DNA from: Pristiophorus japonicus
Taxonomy: Eukaryota
Direction of reading: 5' to 3'
Assembly: GCF_044704955.1 (NCBI RefSeq)
Contig: NC_091984.1
Span: 144,274,001 to 144,338,000 of the forward strand
DNA: 64,000 bases
Part shown: positions 1 to 13,094 of the stretch, one piece after another
How positions within the stretch are numbered: position 1 is the stretch's first letter
How the letters are laid out: the number at the start of each line of letters is the position of its first letter
The notes under the pieces: model-generated
What the model was told of the DNA's origin: nothing
Seen by the model: only the letters and a program-made list of their open reading frames with translations
Database searches by the model: none
Program-made: the position numbers and the translations under genes

Positions 1-3000
1 ACTGCATCTAAGTCCTTTTTGAATATATTTAGTGAATTGGCCTCAACAACTTTCTGTGGTAGAGAATTCCACAGGTTCACCATTCTCTGGGTGAAGAAGT
101 TTTTCCTCATCTCGGTCCTAAATGGCTTACCCCTTATCCTTAGACTGTGACCCCTGGTTCTGGACTTCCCCAACATTGGGAACATTCTTCCTGCATTTAA
201 CCTGTCTCAACCCGTCAGAATTTTAAACATTTCTATGAGGTCCCCTCTCATTCTTCTGAAGTCCAGTGAATATAAGCCCAGTTGGTCCAGTCTTTCTTGA
301 CAGGTCAGTCCCACCATCCCGGGAATCAGTCTGGTGAACCTTCGCTGCACTCCCTCAATTGCAAGAATGTCCTTCCTCAAGTTAGGAGACCAAAACTGTA
401 CACAATACTCCAGGTGTGGCCTCACCAAGGCCCTGTACAACTGTAGCAACACTTTCCTGCCCCTGTCCTCAAATCACCTCGCTATGAAGGCCAACATGCC
501 ATTTGCTTTCTTAACCGCCTGCTGTACCTGCATGCCAACCTTCAATGACTGATGTACCATGACACCCAGGTCTCGTTGCACCTCCCCTTTTCTTAATCTG
601 TCACCATACAGATAATAGTCTGTCTCTCTGTTTTTACCACCAAAGTGGATAACCTCACATTTATCCTCATTATACTTCATCTGCCATGCATTTGCCCACT
701 CACCTAACCTATCCAAGTCACTCTGCAGCCTCATAGCATCCTACTCGCAGCTCACACTGCCACCCAACTTAGTGAAATCCGCAAATTTGGAGATACTACA
801 TTTAATCCCCTTGTCTAATCATTAATGTACAGTGTAAACAGCTGGGGCCCCAGCACAGAACCTTGCAGTTCACTGCCTGCCATTCTGAAAAGTACCCATT
901 TACTCCTACTCTTTGCTTCCTGTCTGACAACCAGTTCTCAATCCACGTCAGCACACTACCCCCAATCCCATGTGCTTTAACTTTGCACATTAATCTCTTG
1001 TGTGGGACCTTGTCGAAAGCCTTCTGAAAGTCCAAATATACCACATCAACTGGTTCTCCCTTGTCCACTCTACTGGAAACATCCTCAAAAAATTGCAGAA
1101 GATTTGTCAAGCATGATTTCCCTTTCACAAATCCATGCTGACTTGGACCTATCATGTCACCTCTTTCCAAATGCGCTGCTGTGACATCCTTAATTAATGA
1201 TTCCATCATTTTACCCACTACTGAGGTCAGGCTGACTGGACTATAATTCCCTGTTTTCTCTCTCCCTCCTTTTTTAAAAAGTGGGGTTACATTGGCTACC
1301 CTCCACTCGATAGGAACTGATCCAGAGTCAATGGAATGTTAAAAAATGACTGTCAGTGCATCCGCTATTTCCAAGGCCACCTCCTTAAGTACTCTGGGAT
1401 GCAGTCCATCAGGCCCTGGGGATTTATCGACCTTCAATCCCATCAATTTCCCCAACACAATTTCCCGACTAATAAGGATTTCCCTTAGTTCCTCCTCCTT
1501 ACTAGACCCTCTGACCCCTTTTATATCCGGAAGATTGTTTGTGTCCTCCTTAGTGAATACCGAACCAAAGTACTTGTTCAATTGGTCTGACATTTCTTTG
1601 TCCCCCGTTATGACTTCCCCTGATTCTGACTGCTGGGGACCTACGTTTGTCTTTCCTAGCCTTTTTCTCTTTACATATCTATAGAAACTTTTGCAATCCA
1701 TCTTAATGTTTCCTGCAAGCTTCTTCTCATACTTCATTTTCCCTGCCCTAATCAAACCCTTTGTCCTCCTCTGCTGAGTTCTAAATTTCTCCCAGTCCCC
1801 GGGTTCGCTGCTATTTCTGGCCAATTTGTATGCCACTTCCTTGGCTTTAATACTATCCCTGATTTCCCTTGATAGCCACGGTTGAGCCACCTTCCCTTTT
1901 TTATTTTTACGCCAGACAGGGATGTACAATTGTTGTAGTTCATCCATGCGGTCTCTAAATGTCTGCCATTGCCCATCCACAGTCAACCCCTTAAGTATCA
2001 TTCACCAATCTGAGCCAATTCACGCCTCATACCTTCAAAGTTCCCCTTCTTTAAGTTCTGGACCATGGTCTCTGAATTAACTGTTTCATTCTGCATCCTA
2101 ATGCAGAATTCCATCATATTATGGTCACTCTTCCCCAAGGGGCCTCGCACAATGAGATTGCTAATTAATCCTCTCTCATTACACAACACCCAGTCTAAGA
2201 TGGCCTCCCCCCTAGTTGGTTCCTCGACATATTGGTCCAGAAAACCATCCAGGAAATCCTCCTCCACTGTATTGCTACCAGTTTGGCTAGCCCAATCTAT
2301 GTGCATATTAAAGTCACCCATTATAACTGCTGCACCTTTATTGCATGCACCCCTAATTTCCTGTTTGATGCCCTCCCCAACATCACTACTACTGTTTGGA
2401 GGTCTGTACACAACTCCCACTAACGTTTTTTGCCCTTTGGTGTTCTGCAGCTCTACCCATATAGATTCCACATCATCAAAGCTAATGTCGTTCCTAACTA
2501 TTGCATTAATCTCCTCTTTAACCAGCAATGCTACCCCACCTCCTTTTCCTTTTATGCTATCCTTCCTGAATGTTGAATACCCCTGGATGTTGAGTTCCCT
2601 GCCCTGATCATCCTGGAGCCACGTCTACGTAATCCCAATCACATCATATTTGTTAACATCTATTTGCACAGTTAATTCATCCACCTTATTACGGATACTA
2701 CTTGCATTAAGACACAAAGCCTTCAGGCTTGTTTTTTTAACACCCTTTGTCCTTTTAGAATTTTGCTGTACAGTGGCCCTTTTTGTTCATTTTCTTGGGT
2801 TTCTCTGCCCTCCACTTTTCCTCATCTCATTTCTGTCTTTTGCTTTTGCCTCCTTTTTGTTTCCCTCTGTCTCCCTGCATTGGTTCCCATCCCCCTGCCA
2901 TATTAGTTTAACTCCTCCCCAACAGCACGAGCAAACACTCCCCCTAGGACATTGGTTCCGCTCCTGCCCAGGTGCAGACCGTCCGGTTTGTACTGGTCCC

Positions 3001-4080
3001 ACCTCCCCCAGAACCGGTTCCAATGCCCCAGGAATTTGAATCCCTCCCTGCTGCACCACTGCTCAAGCCACGTATTCATCTGCGCTATCCTGCGATTCCT
3101 ACTCTGACTAGCACATGGCACTGGTAGCAATCCCGAGATTACTAATTTTGAGGTCCTAGTTTTAAATTTAGCTCCTAGCTCCTTAAATTCGTTTCGAAGG
3201 ACCTCATCCCTTTTTTTACCTATGTCGTTGGTACCAATGTGCACCACGACAACTGGCTGTTCTCCTTCCCTTTTTAGAATGTCCTGCACCCGCTCCGAGA
3301 CATCCTTGATCCTTGCACCAGGGAGGCAACATACCATCCTGGAGTCTCGGTTGCGGCCGCAGAAACGCCTATCTATTCCCCTCACAATTGAATCCCCTAT
3401 CACTATCGCTCTCCCATTCTTTTTCCTGCCCCCCTGTGCAACAGAGCCAGCCATGGTGCCATCATCTTAGCTGCTGCTGCCCTCCCCTGAGGAGTCATTC
3501 CCCTCAACAGCACTCAAACAGTGTATCTGTTTTGCAGGGGGATGACCACAGGGGACCCCTGCACTACCTTCCTTGCACTACTCTTCCTGCTGGTCTTCGA
3601 TTCCCTAGTTGGCTGTGGACCCATCTCCTGCAGTAAGAGCAACTCGCTACACATGCTACTCACGTCGTTCTCAGCATCGTGGATGCTCCAGAGTGAATCC
3701 ACCCTCAGCTCCAATTCCGCAACGCAGTCCGTCAGGAGCTGGAGGCGGTACACTTCCCGCAGATGTAGTCGTCAGGGACACCGGAAGCGTCCCTGAGTTC
3801 CCACATGGTACAGGAGGAGCATATCACGTGACCGAGCTCCACTGCCATGACTTAACCCTTAGATACACTTAAATTGGCAACAACAATGTTAAAAGTTACT
3901 GACTGTTATAGAAGAGAAAAAAGAAAAACTACTCACCAATCCAGCCAATCACTTATCCGCCTTGGCTGTGACGTCACCTTTCTGTTTCTTTCTACTTCTT
4001 TTTTGCCTTCTCCCTGTAGCTGCACCGGCTAGCCTCTCGCTGACCCTGAACTCACGCTGCTCAGAGCTCCCGCCTCCTCG
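1..4080 (-). mobile_element. CR1-clade LINE, near full length, degenerate; 3' end runs off the window start
   Basis: Minus-strand ORF fragments in CR1 order: ORF1 N-terminus near 3849 (CSSCxMW), SGNH/GDSL esterase (2903-3454: VIGDSIVRG, VHIGTND), APE endonuclease (1998-2528: GDFN, SDH), RT (802-2001: KSPGPDG, SQHGF, YLDFQKAFDKV), C-terminus (207-734: LYRALVRPHLEYC). Many stops and frameshifts. Confidence 0.95.
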
Positions 4081-4082
4081 AC

Positions 4083-5950
4083 TGGATTATACTCCACCTG
4101 CCAAATCTTTGCCCATTCACTTAGCTGGTCTATATCCCTTTACAGACTATTTGTGTCCTCCTCACAATTTGCTTTCCCACCCATCTTTGTATTATAGGGT
4201 GATTGTTATTCAATCGACTCTGATTCTTAGAAATCGACTGAAGACATACAATCACCCTTCCTGGCTGTATCTATTGTAGGTTCGTGGTCGTTGGTTCTGT
4301 GCCCTGTTGGTTCTTCTTCTGGCCATTCTCTGCATTGCTGTTCCCTCCGTTTACACCATGTCCTTCCGTCCATTCATCTGTTTGTTCTTTCGACCTGTGT
4401 GCATCTGTACACGTATCCTTCTACTTCTTCTGTGTGCTTCTTCTTCCGTCTGTTCCTGTCCTTCATCCATCTTCTGCAGAGCTGCTTCTAGCTCACATAT
4501 TTATATCCAGACTATGATTGATCTCCCGCCACTGCGGTTTCTGATAAAGTGTTTACATAGATATATTTTATTGTGGTCCCCTTGGTTGATTGACTGCAAT
4601 AATGGACTCATCTGTTTTCCCATTTGCACACTGAGTCTGCAAGGCTCAAGTTGATTTCTCATCTTAACACCTCGTCCCAAAAAATGTGCACCTAGTGTGG
4701 TTCCTTTGTTGTCCAGTATTTTTACAGACTTGCTGTCTCCAGTGAGCTTGTTTTTCCCACCCTGGTCAATCAAGTTCAGGGCCTCACGTAACAACTCCAT
4801 TCTTGTTATGCATGAAGTCAGTTTTGGTCCCTGACCAAGAATGCCCTTAATTGTCCAGCTTCATTCCAAAAGCTTGTATTAATCTTTAGCTCATGGTCTC
4901 CTTCTGTGCTTTTCTGAAGATTAGTAACCTTACACTCCCTCCTTTAATGTTTCGTAAATATAAAACTAGAGACATTACTTGTGGAGTTCTTCTTTTTTCA
5001 TGAGCTCTTTTTGGGTGTATTGCAGTCTCAGTCAAAAACTCCAGATTACTTTCTTTTCTTACATCAAAAAACAGTACTTTTTCCTGACAAACCAACACTT
5101 TTACAACAAAAATATTCGGCCTTGATCTGACTTCAGTTTTATATACAAACACTTTGGCTTTGGTTCATCTTAACAACCCTTCAAGATTCCCTTCCTTTGT
5201 ATTCTTTTTCAACTTACAGGATAAGATAAATAGTTACACCACTATAACCAACTGTACAATGGCTAGTGCATGAGACATGATTCAAACCCAGAGGAGAATC
5301 TGAATGTTGAATACCAAATCCCATTTTGGAGGGGCCATCACTTCCTCAATTTCCTCCCTTACTTTTTAATTTGTTTGGTGTAATGTGTAATCGTGATTGT
5401 TGGATATTACAATGTCCTTCCTTGTACCATCAGCAAACTTAGCTACATTAAACTCGGTCCCTTCATCTAAGTCATTAATGTAGATAGTAAATAGATGAGG
5501 CCCAGCACTGATCCATGCGGCACTCCACTAGTTACCGTTTCCAATGGGAAAATGACCCATTTATGCCAACTCCCTGTTTTCTGTGAGTTAGCCAATTCTC
5601 TATCCATGCTAAGATATTACCCCCAACCCCATGAACTTTTATCTTGTGCCTTTTATGTGGTACCTCATCGAATGCCTTCTGGAAATCCAAATACACCACA
5701 TCCACTGGTTCCCCTTTATCACCCTGCTCGGTACATCCTCAAAGAATTCCAGAAAATTTGTCAAACATGATTTCCCTTTCATAAAACCATGCTGACTCTG
5801 CTTGATTGAACTACGCTTTTCCAAATGTCCTGCTACTGCATCCTTAATAATGGACTCCAGCATTTTCCTAACCACAGATGTATAACTGGTCTATAGTTTC
5901 CTGCTTTCTGTCTGCCTCCTTTTTGAAATAGAGGCGTTACATTTGCTGTG
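4083..5950 (-). mobile_element. Older CR1 RT fragment (4083-4196 and ~5423-5950) interrupted by an unclassified ~1.2-kb insert (4197-5422)
   Basis: QSQHGFMKGKSCLTN at 5639-5875; the RT sequence after FADD resumes at ~4196 on the other side of the insert. Confidence 0.75.
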
Positions 5951-6012
5951 CGTACTTTGGAGAGAGCGTTAAAAGGAGCAGCGACATCCAGAATACCAGA
6001 TTTTGCCTCAAT

Positions 6013-6445
6013 TCAACAACAAAAACCTGTATTTATATAGCGACTTTAACGTAGTGAAACGTCCCAAGGCACTTCCCAGGAGTATTATGAGATACAAAAT
6101 TTGACACCGAGTCACATAAGAAGAAATTAGTGTCGGTGACCAAAGAGGTATATTTTAAGGATCGTCTTGAAGGTGGAAAGAGAGTTAGAGAGGCGGAGAG
6201 GTTTAGGGAGAGAGTTCCAGAGCTTGGGGTCTCGGTAACAGAAGGCACGGCCACCAATGGTTGAGCGATTATAATCAGGGATGCTCAGGAGGGCAGAATT
6301 AGAGGAGCATAGACATCTCGGGGGGTTGTGGGGCTGGAGGAGATTACAGTGATAGGGAGGGGCGAGATCATGGAGGGATTTGAAAACAAAGATGAGAATT
6401 TTAAAAATTGAGGCATTGCTGAACTGGAAGCTGATGTCAGTCTCT
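6013..6445 (-). mobile_element. L2-clade LINE 3' fragment (mirrored at ~59815-60240)
   Basis: FKILIFVFKSLHDLAPPY...GGRAF...LWNSLP in ORF 6127-6534 (element reads opposite to the degenerate tail) and a tail of the aaggcgctatataaat...(ttg)n type. Confidence 0.8.
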
Positions 6446-7574
6446 ACCTTCCCCCCTCTGAGCCATTCTCCCCACCCCCACCTCGAGCCGCTCCCCCGCC
6501 TCCCTCCCTCACTCCCGCCCTCCTCACACCACATCCCTCAGCCTCCCTCCCCCTGATCCCAACTCAGTCCCCACTCCCTCCCCACCTCCCTGCCCCCCTA
6601 CCTCACACGCCCCTCCTCTCCTCTCCCAACCTCTCTGCCCCTCCCGAGCCGGAGTAGGCCATTCTTCCCCTCGAGCCTGCTCCGCCATTCAATGAGATCA
6701 TGGCTGATCTTCTACCTCAACTCCACTTTCCTGCACTGTCCCCATATCCTTCAATTCCCTTAATATCCAAAAATCTATCGATCTCCGTCTTGAATATACT
6801 CAAAGACTAAGGGGTCAACTTTCCGCTTGAGTTGCTCCTTTTTTTTGGAGCAATTGGTTTGGAATGAAGTATCTGAGAAATTGCAATTCTCGGCATTTAA
6901 TTTGCTCCAGTTCCAGTGAGTTAGAACAGTTTCATTTTGGAACAGCTTTCTTTTTTCAAAAGGGGGCATGTGCGGCCACTTACGCCTGTTTTGAAAGTTT
7001 AGGCAGCGAAAACTTACTCCAAACTAACTTAGAATGGAGCAAGTGTAGATTTTTGTACACTCAGAAAAACCTTGTCTACACTTTAGAAATCAGGCGTAGG
7101 TTACAAATCAGGCTTAGAGAATGAGGGGGGGAGGGGAGGGTGGGAGGGGGGAAGTAATTCAATTCTACAAGCATTCAACAGTCTTACTGAGACAAATAAA
7201 TAGCCAGCCTGAATAAAAAATTATAAACAAAGCAAATACAAAATATTGAATATTCCTACCTGTGTGAAGTGGAGCAGCCTTCGAGTTGCTTCAGGCAGGC
7301 CTTCCTTCCATGTTGGAAACAGGGGCGGCCTCAGTGACTCAATGGCAGCCGAAGACACAGCAAGCAGCCTTCGAGTTGTGAGGGTAACTGAGGCTATTCG
7401 GCCACAGGATAGGGGAGGCAGCAGTGGCTGACGGCGGCCGAAGACACAGCAAGCAGCCTTCGAGCTGTGAGGGTAACTGAGGCTATTCGGCCAGGGGACA
7501 GGGTAGTCGTGCAAAGCACCGGGAGGGAGAGGCAGCCAGCTAGCCAGTTTGAAACTTAAATTTGTAATTGCAGA

Positions 7575-8770
7575 ATGGGTGCTGCATTGTCAACACCACG
7601 GATTATGAAATGGTTCGCCAGCAATTCACAGCATAGGAGAGAATTGTTTAGAGCTCACCGCACCAGGAACTTCATAGCCCGTAGGCTGATGGGCAGGAGA
7701 CCGTACCCACATCGGCAATATCGAGCCAGGCACTCGTACCTGGACATGAGCGAGGCTGATTGTGTTAAAAGGCTGCGTTTCCACAGAGAAGTTGTTGTTG
7801 AGATCTGTGATATACTGAGAGCAGATTTGCAGCCCAGAAGCAGAACACCAACTGCCTTGTCAGTTGAAGTGAAGAGAGCAGCTGCACTTGCCTTCTATGC
7901 CTCGGGATCATTTCAGGCTACAACTGGAGATGTGTGCACCATCTCTCAACGTGCAATACATGCCAGCGTTTAGCAGGTCACGGCTGCACTGTAAGCACAG
8001 AGGAATGACTTCATGAATTTCCTAATGACCACATGAGAGCTGTGAGGCTTCTTCAGGATTGCTGGCTTCCCAAAGTTACAGGGCTGCATTGATTGTACCC
8101 ACATCGCCTTGTGAGAACCTGTGGAGGATTCTGAGCAGTACAGGAATAGAAAAGGTTTCCATTCCATCAATGTACCGCTCGTGTGTGACGACAAGCAGCG
8201 CATCATGTCAGTCGATGCGAGATAACCTGACAGCACAGATGATGCCTTCATCCTACGCGACAGCATTATATCTGACATGTTTGGGCAGCAGCCAGAAGGG
8301 CAGAGCTGGCTACTGGGAGACAAAGTGTACGGCCTGGCCACCTGGCTCATGACGCCCCTACATGTGACAAGGACGGAAGCTGACCATCAATACAACATGG
8401 TGCACATTGCGACGTGCAGCATCATTGAGAGGACCATTGGCATATTGAAACAGCATTTCCGATGCCTGGACCATTCCGGAGACCACTTGCAATACTCTCC
8501 TCAGATTGTCAGTCACTTCACTGTTGTGTGCTGCATGCTCCATAACTGAGGCAGCAGGAGCTGGTAGTGGAACCAGAAGATCCACATGAGGGGCCAGTGC
8601 CTGATGATAGTAATTTGGAAGAGCAGGATGAGGATGATGACGATGATCAGGAAAGCATGCAAGTGCCTGATGCCGGAGCACGAGGTCGGAGGAGGGCCGT
8701 CCATCGTGCTCCTTTAACAATTGCTCGAGCCCTGACCCACCAGCTCATCCATGAACGCTTCAATTACTGA
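7575..8770 (+). pseudogene. Harbinger DDE transposase (HARBI1-like), disrupted
   Basis: Motifs ALAFYASGSFQ, GCIDCTHI, NRKGFHSIN, WLLGDKVY, IERTIGILK, CCMLHN and an acidic tail, spread over frames with stops. Confidence 0.93.
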
Positions 8771-9276
8771 TGCCTGAGGGCTCTGCGACAACTGTTGCCC
8801 ATGGACATGTTTATTCTTTGGAGTTGTTCCTATGTCGTGTTGTGTTAATGGAACATGATTCAGTTTTAATTAAAACATATTTTATTGAAAAGTTAACGTC
8901 ACTGTAATAAAATATCTGTTGTATCAAACTTTACTTTTTAATATTACTCTTAAGATCACTGAAAAACTTTAAGATCACTTATAAACTTGTAAAGTTACAA
9001 AACAATTTCAACGTAAAAAATCTTACATTCTTAAGATCACTTTAACATCAAGATCACTTTTTACGGGCAAAATTAAATAAGTTACAAAAAGTGCGAGCAT
9101 TTACACTATAAGATCACTTAAAAACCCGATGATCACTTATAAGTTGTAAAGTTACAAAAGTTACAAAACAATTTCAAGTGAAAAACACTGCTACAGCTAC
9201 ATCAAGAACAAGAACAAAAGCAGCAAAGAAAGGCTGTAACCATCTCTCATCCACATCTCAGTGAATGTTCACTTCT

Positions 9277-11784
9277 TCATGGGGGTGTCATTTGATTGGC
9301 GGGGCTGTGTGCCCTTATTGCAGCAGCTACCTCCATGAGAGCCTGTGCCGTCACTTGCATGCCCTCCCTGACGGCCTGTGCCATCGATTGCACTCCCTCG
9401 GACATTCCCTCCCAAAGTTCCCGTGTCATTACTGCTATTTCTCCCGTCAGGACCGTCACCTCTTCACCCACTGCACTGACGCTACCGATGAGTGATCGGG
9501 TAAGCTCATTGGTCTTCATACCCAATGCCACAACCTGAGCCGCATCTGTTGCACGCTGCATCTCAGGAGAGTGTGTCTCCAATCTCCTTCTCCTCTGCCT
9601 GGGCCTGCCTCGCGGCACCACTACACAGGAAGGCGTGGGCTGGGACGGTGGGACACTCTGTGTTCCACACGGCAGTACTAGAGAGAGAGGCGTGGGCTGG
9701 GACAGTGGGGCGCTCTGTGTTCCAGACGGCACCACTACACAGGGAGGCGAGGGCTGGGATGGTGGGACACTCTGTGTTCCAGACGGCAGTACTGGAGAGA
9801 GAGGCATGGGCTGGGATGGTGGGACGCTCTGTGTTCCAGACGGCAGTACTAGAGAGAGAGGCGTGGACTGGGACGGTGGGACGCTCTGTGTTCCAGACGG
9901 CAGTACTAGAGAGAGAGGTGCGGGCTGGGACGGTGAGGCACTCTGTGATCCAGACGGCAGTACTCGAGAGAGAGGCGTGGACTGGGACGGTGAGGCACTC
10001 TGTGATCCAGACATTAGTACTAGAGAAAGAGGCGTGGACTGGGATGGTGGGACACTCTGTGTTCCAGACGGCAGTACTAGAGAGAGGCGTGGACTGGGAC
10101 GGTGGGACACTCTGTGTTCCAGACATCAGTACTAGAGAAAGAGGCGCGGGCTGGGACAGTGGGACACTCTGTGTTCCAGACGGCAGTACTAGAGAGAGAG
10201 GCGTGGACTGGGACGGTGGGGCGCTCTGTGTTCCAGACGGCACCACTACACAGGGAGGCGCGGGCTTGGATGGTGGGACACTCTGTGTTCCAGACGGCAG
10301 TACTAGAGAGAGAGGCATGGGCTGGGACGGTGGGACGCTCTGTGTTCCAGACGGCAGTACTAGAGAGAGAGGCGTGGGTTGGGACGGTGGGACGCTCTGT
10401 GTTCCAGACGGCAGTACTAGAGAGAGAGGCGTGGATTGGGACGGTGGGACGCTCTGTGTTCCAGACGGCAGTACGAGAGAGAGAGGTGCGGGCTGGGACG
10501 GTGAGGCACTCTGTGATCCAGACGGCAGTACTAGAGAGAGAGGCACATGTTGGGACGGTGGGACACTCTGTGTTCCAGACGGCAGTACTAGAGAGAGAGG
10601 CGTGGACTGGGACTGTGGGACACTCTGTGATCCAGGCGGCAGTACTAGAGAGAGAGGCGCAGGCTGGGACGGTGAGGCGCTCAGTGTTACAGACAGCAGC
10701 ACTCGAGTGCGAGCCGTGGGCTGGGATGGTAGGTGAATGGGTGTAAACTGCTCCATGATATCACCAGCACCACTGGGACCCACAACGTCGGAATCAAAAC
10801 CATGGAAGTTGGAACCAGAACCTATGCGAGTGGGAGGCGCAGGCTCGGACTCTGGTGCACTGGCTGTAAACTGCTACATTACACCAGCAGCACCACTGGG
10901 ACCCGCAACATCGGAATCAAAACCATGGAAGGTGGAACCAGATCCTATGCAAGGGGTTGAAACTCAGATGCCCCTTAATGGGGGCTCATAGACATTCATT
11001 TGGAAGTTCTCCCCTGTAGACATTTCAGTCATCGCCGCCAGCATCCAGTCTGGATCGTCTGCATCTGGTTGTACTGGTTCTTGTTCTGTATCTTCAGGAT
11101 CCTCAGGGTTGGCATCATCATCATCATCATGTTCTGCAAAATATATCAGAACAGTCAAATGTCTAACAGCAATAGAGGGGGCAGCATGGGTGGCACGAGT
11201 ACTCTCACACATAGCAGGCCAGGCAGCAGGTTGATTTGAAGGGCCACGATGCATTTTCAGGACTTACCCTCTTCCTCGCGTGTGGGCCCAGCTTGTGCTG
11301 TACTGAATGCTTTTCTCCATGTACGACTCATCATGGCAGCTCCCCTCTGTTCCAAGGGTGTCAGTTGCTGCAGATTGAGCGTGCCTCCTCCTGTTCGAGT
11401 TGCTTCTCTTTTGTTGTGGGCCACTTTCTTCTGCAAAGAGTAAAATATAACTTATTACAGAGTGTGTCTTTCTACAGGGCGGGACATACAGATAGTCACA
11501 TTACAATTACGATTACATTAAAAAATGAAAATATTACTTACACTAACTACTTGACCAAGATCGTGCCATTTCTATTTACACTGGCTTCCAGATCTCATGG
11601 TATGCACCACTGCGCAGTAATCTTCTGCAACTTGGTTCCAGCGTTTCTTCATTTCTTTCGGTGGCACTTTTATGTGACCTCTGTTGCTGGTATCGAGCTC
11701 CTGCCATCTCTGCTCAATGACGTTAACTAATATCTCCACTTCCTCATGCAAGAAATTCTTTGTTCTTGGTGGATGTTGTTCCAT
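9277..11784 (-). pseudogene. Harbinger Myb/SANT-like (NAIF1/MSANTD-like) accessory gene, 3 exons: 11784-11542, 11430-11268, 11133-9277
   Basis: Exon 1 RTKNFLHEEVEILV...W.QVA...QCK*KWHDL; GTAAGT donors and ttgcag acceptors with consistent phases 0 and 1; exon 2 KKVAHNKREATRTGGG; exon 3 acidic + P/S-rich repeat + coiled C-terminus. In-frame stops present. Confidence 0.85.
9630..10730. repeat. 60-bp coding minisatellite (~18 units; [19 protein letters not shown]-like)
   Basis: Unit like ggctgggacggtgggacactctgtgttccagacggcagtactagagagagaggcgtg, repeated inside exon 3. Confidence 0.95.
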
Positions 11785-13094
11785 TGCTGTATTGAATTGA
11801 AACTCTTACTTTTCAAAACACAGTCCTTATTTTGCATGCACCTATGTCGCACCTGTTCTGGAAGTTTAGCGGTGAAAAGCAGCACTCACTGATTTCAGGA
11901 GGTGGTTTCTTCAACAGTGCTGCTAAAAACACTCTTTCAGACAGCAAAATTCAATCCCAAGCCTTTCCAGAGGTCCACGAGACAAATCAGCACATTTCTT
12001 CAAGTTCCTTTAAAATGGCTCCAACACGCACGCGCAGGGCTGTCGGCAGGACGTTCTCTCATTTGACTTAGCCCCGCCCCCCTGCACTTGCAGAATTGGC
12101 GCGACTCTGTGGCTCCGCCCCCTGCTGATGTCTGCGCGCCGCGCCGAGCTGCGAGGGACCTGCAGGGAGCCCGAGAATTGCAAGGTACATTTTTGTCGCA
12201 CTTTTAGGCACGAAAAACAGGCGTCCATGTCAGGGCTGCGCTGTTCGAGGCACGGCCTGAAACTTGACCCCTGAGACTCCACAGCCCTCTGGGGTAGAGA
12301 ATTACAGAGATTCACCACCCTCTGAGTGAAGAGGTTTCTCCTCATCTCAGTCCGAAATGGCCGACCTCTTATTCTGAGACTGTGACCCCTGGTTCTAGAC
12401 TCCCCAGCCAGAGGAAACATCCTCCCTGCATTTACCCTGCCAAGCCCTGTCAGAATTGTGTATGTTTCAATGGGATGCCCTCTCATTCTTCTAAACTCTC
12501 AAGAGTATCGGCCTTGGAACTTGTGGAACCAAGGCGGGTAGATGGAATTCAGATACAGATGAGCCGTGATCTGATTGAATGGGGGAACAGGCTCGAGGGG
12601 CTGAATGGCCTCCTCCTGTTCATTATGTCCAGCAGCAGCTGTGAACCTCCCCGCAACCTCATCTTGACTTTTATCAGTCGCATCAGAGCCTTGATTCCCT
12701 CACCAGGAGGCTGGTGTTTCCAGATCAATGTCCAGCTGATCGATGTCATGAGTCAGACTCAGTGAGTGCTGTCAGTGGATGGAAAGGCTGCTCTAACTGC
12801 AGCCTTGTTCTAATGCATTTGGGGAGGGGCAACAAGGCAAGGGAATACACAATAAATGGGAGGGTACTGAGAGGGGTGGAGGAACGGAGGGACCTTTGAG
12901 TGCATGTCCACAGATCCCTGAAGGTAGCAGGCCAGGTCGATAAGGTGGTTAAAAAGGCATACGGAATACTTGCCTTTATTAGCCGAGGCATAGAATACAA
13001 GAGCAGGGAGGTTATGCTTGAACTGTATAAATCACTATTTAGGCTACAGCGAGAGGACTGCGTGCAGTTCTGGTCATCACAGGGCTATGGACCC

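Larger units (their letters stand above)
6811..12271 (+). mobile_element. PIF/Harbinger DNA transposon, copy A-left (5461 bp)
   Basis: TIR GGGGTCAACTTTC (6811) / GAAACTTGACCCC (12271); 3-bp flanks TAA/TGA. It splits a CR1 3' end (...tcaaagac|tgagactccacagccctc...). Contains convergent transposase and Myb/SANT genes. Confidence 0.95.

Noticed and set aside
4810-4842. Minus-strand LGQGPKLT resembling J-kappa FGQGTKL (mirror ~61397-61420)
   Set aside because: No RSS, no donor, and the mirror copy reads LGQEPKL; inside a TE-like insert.
9525-10746. Long plus-strand ORFs (403, 214, 166 aa)
   Set aside because: Antisense or alternative frames of the 60-bp minisatellite.
7575-11784. Domesticated HARBI1/NAIF1 host genes
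   Set aside because: Enclosed by TIRs and a TSD and disrupted by stops and frameshifts, so these are transposon copies.
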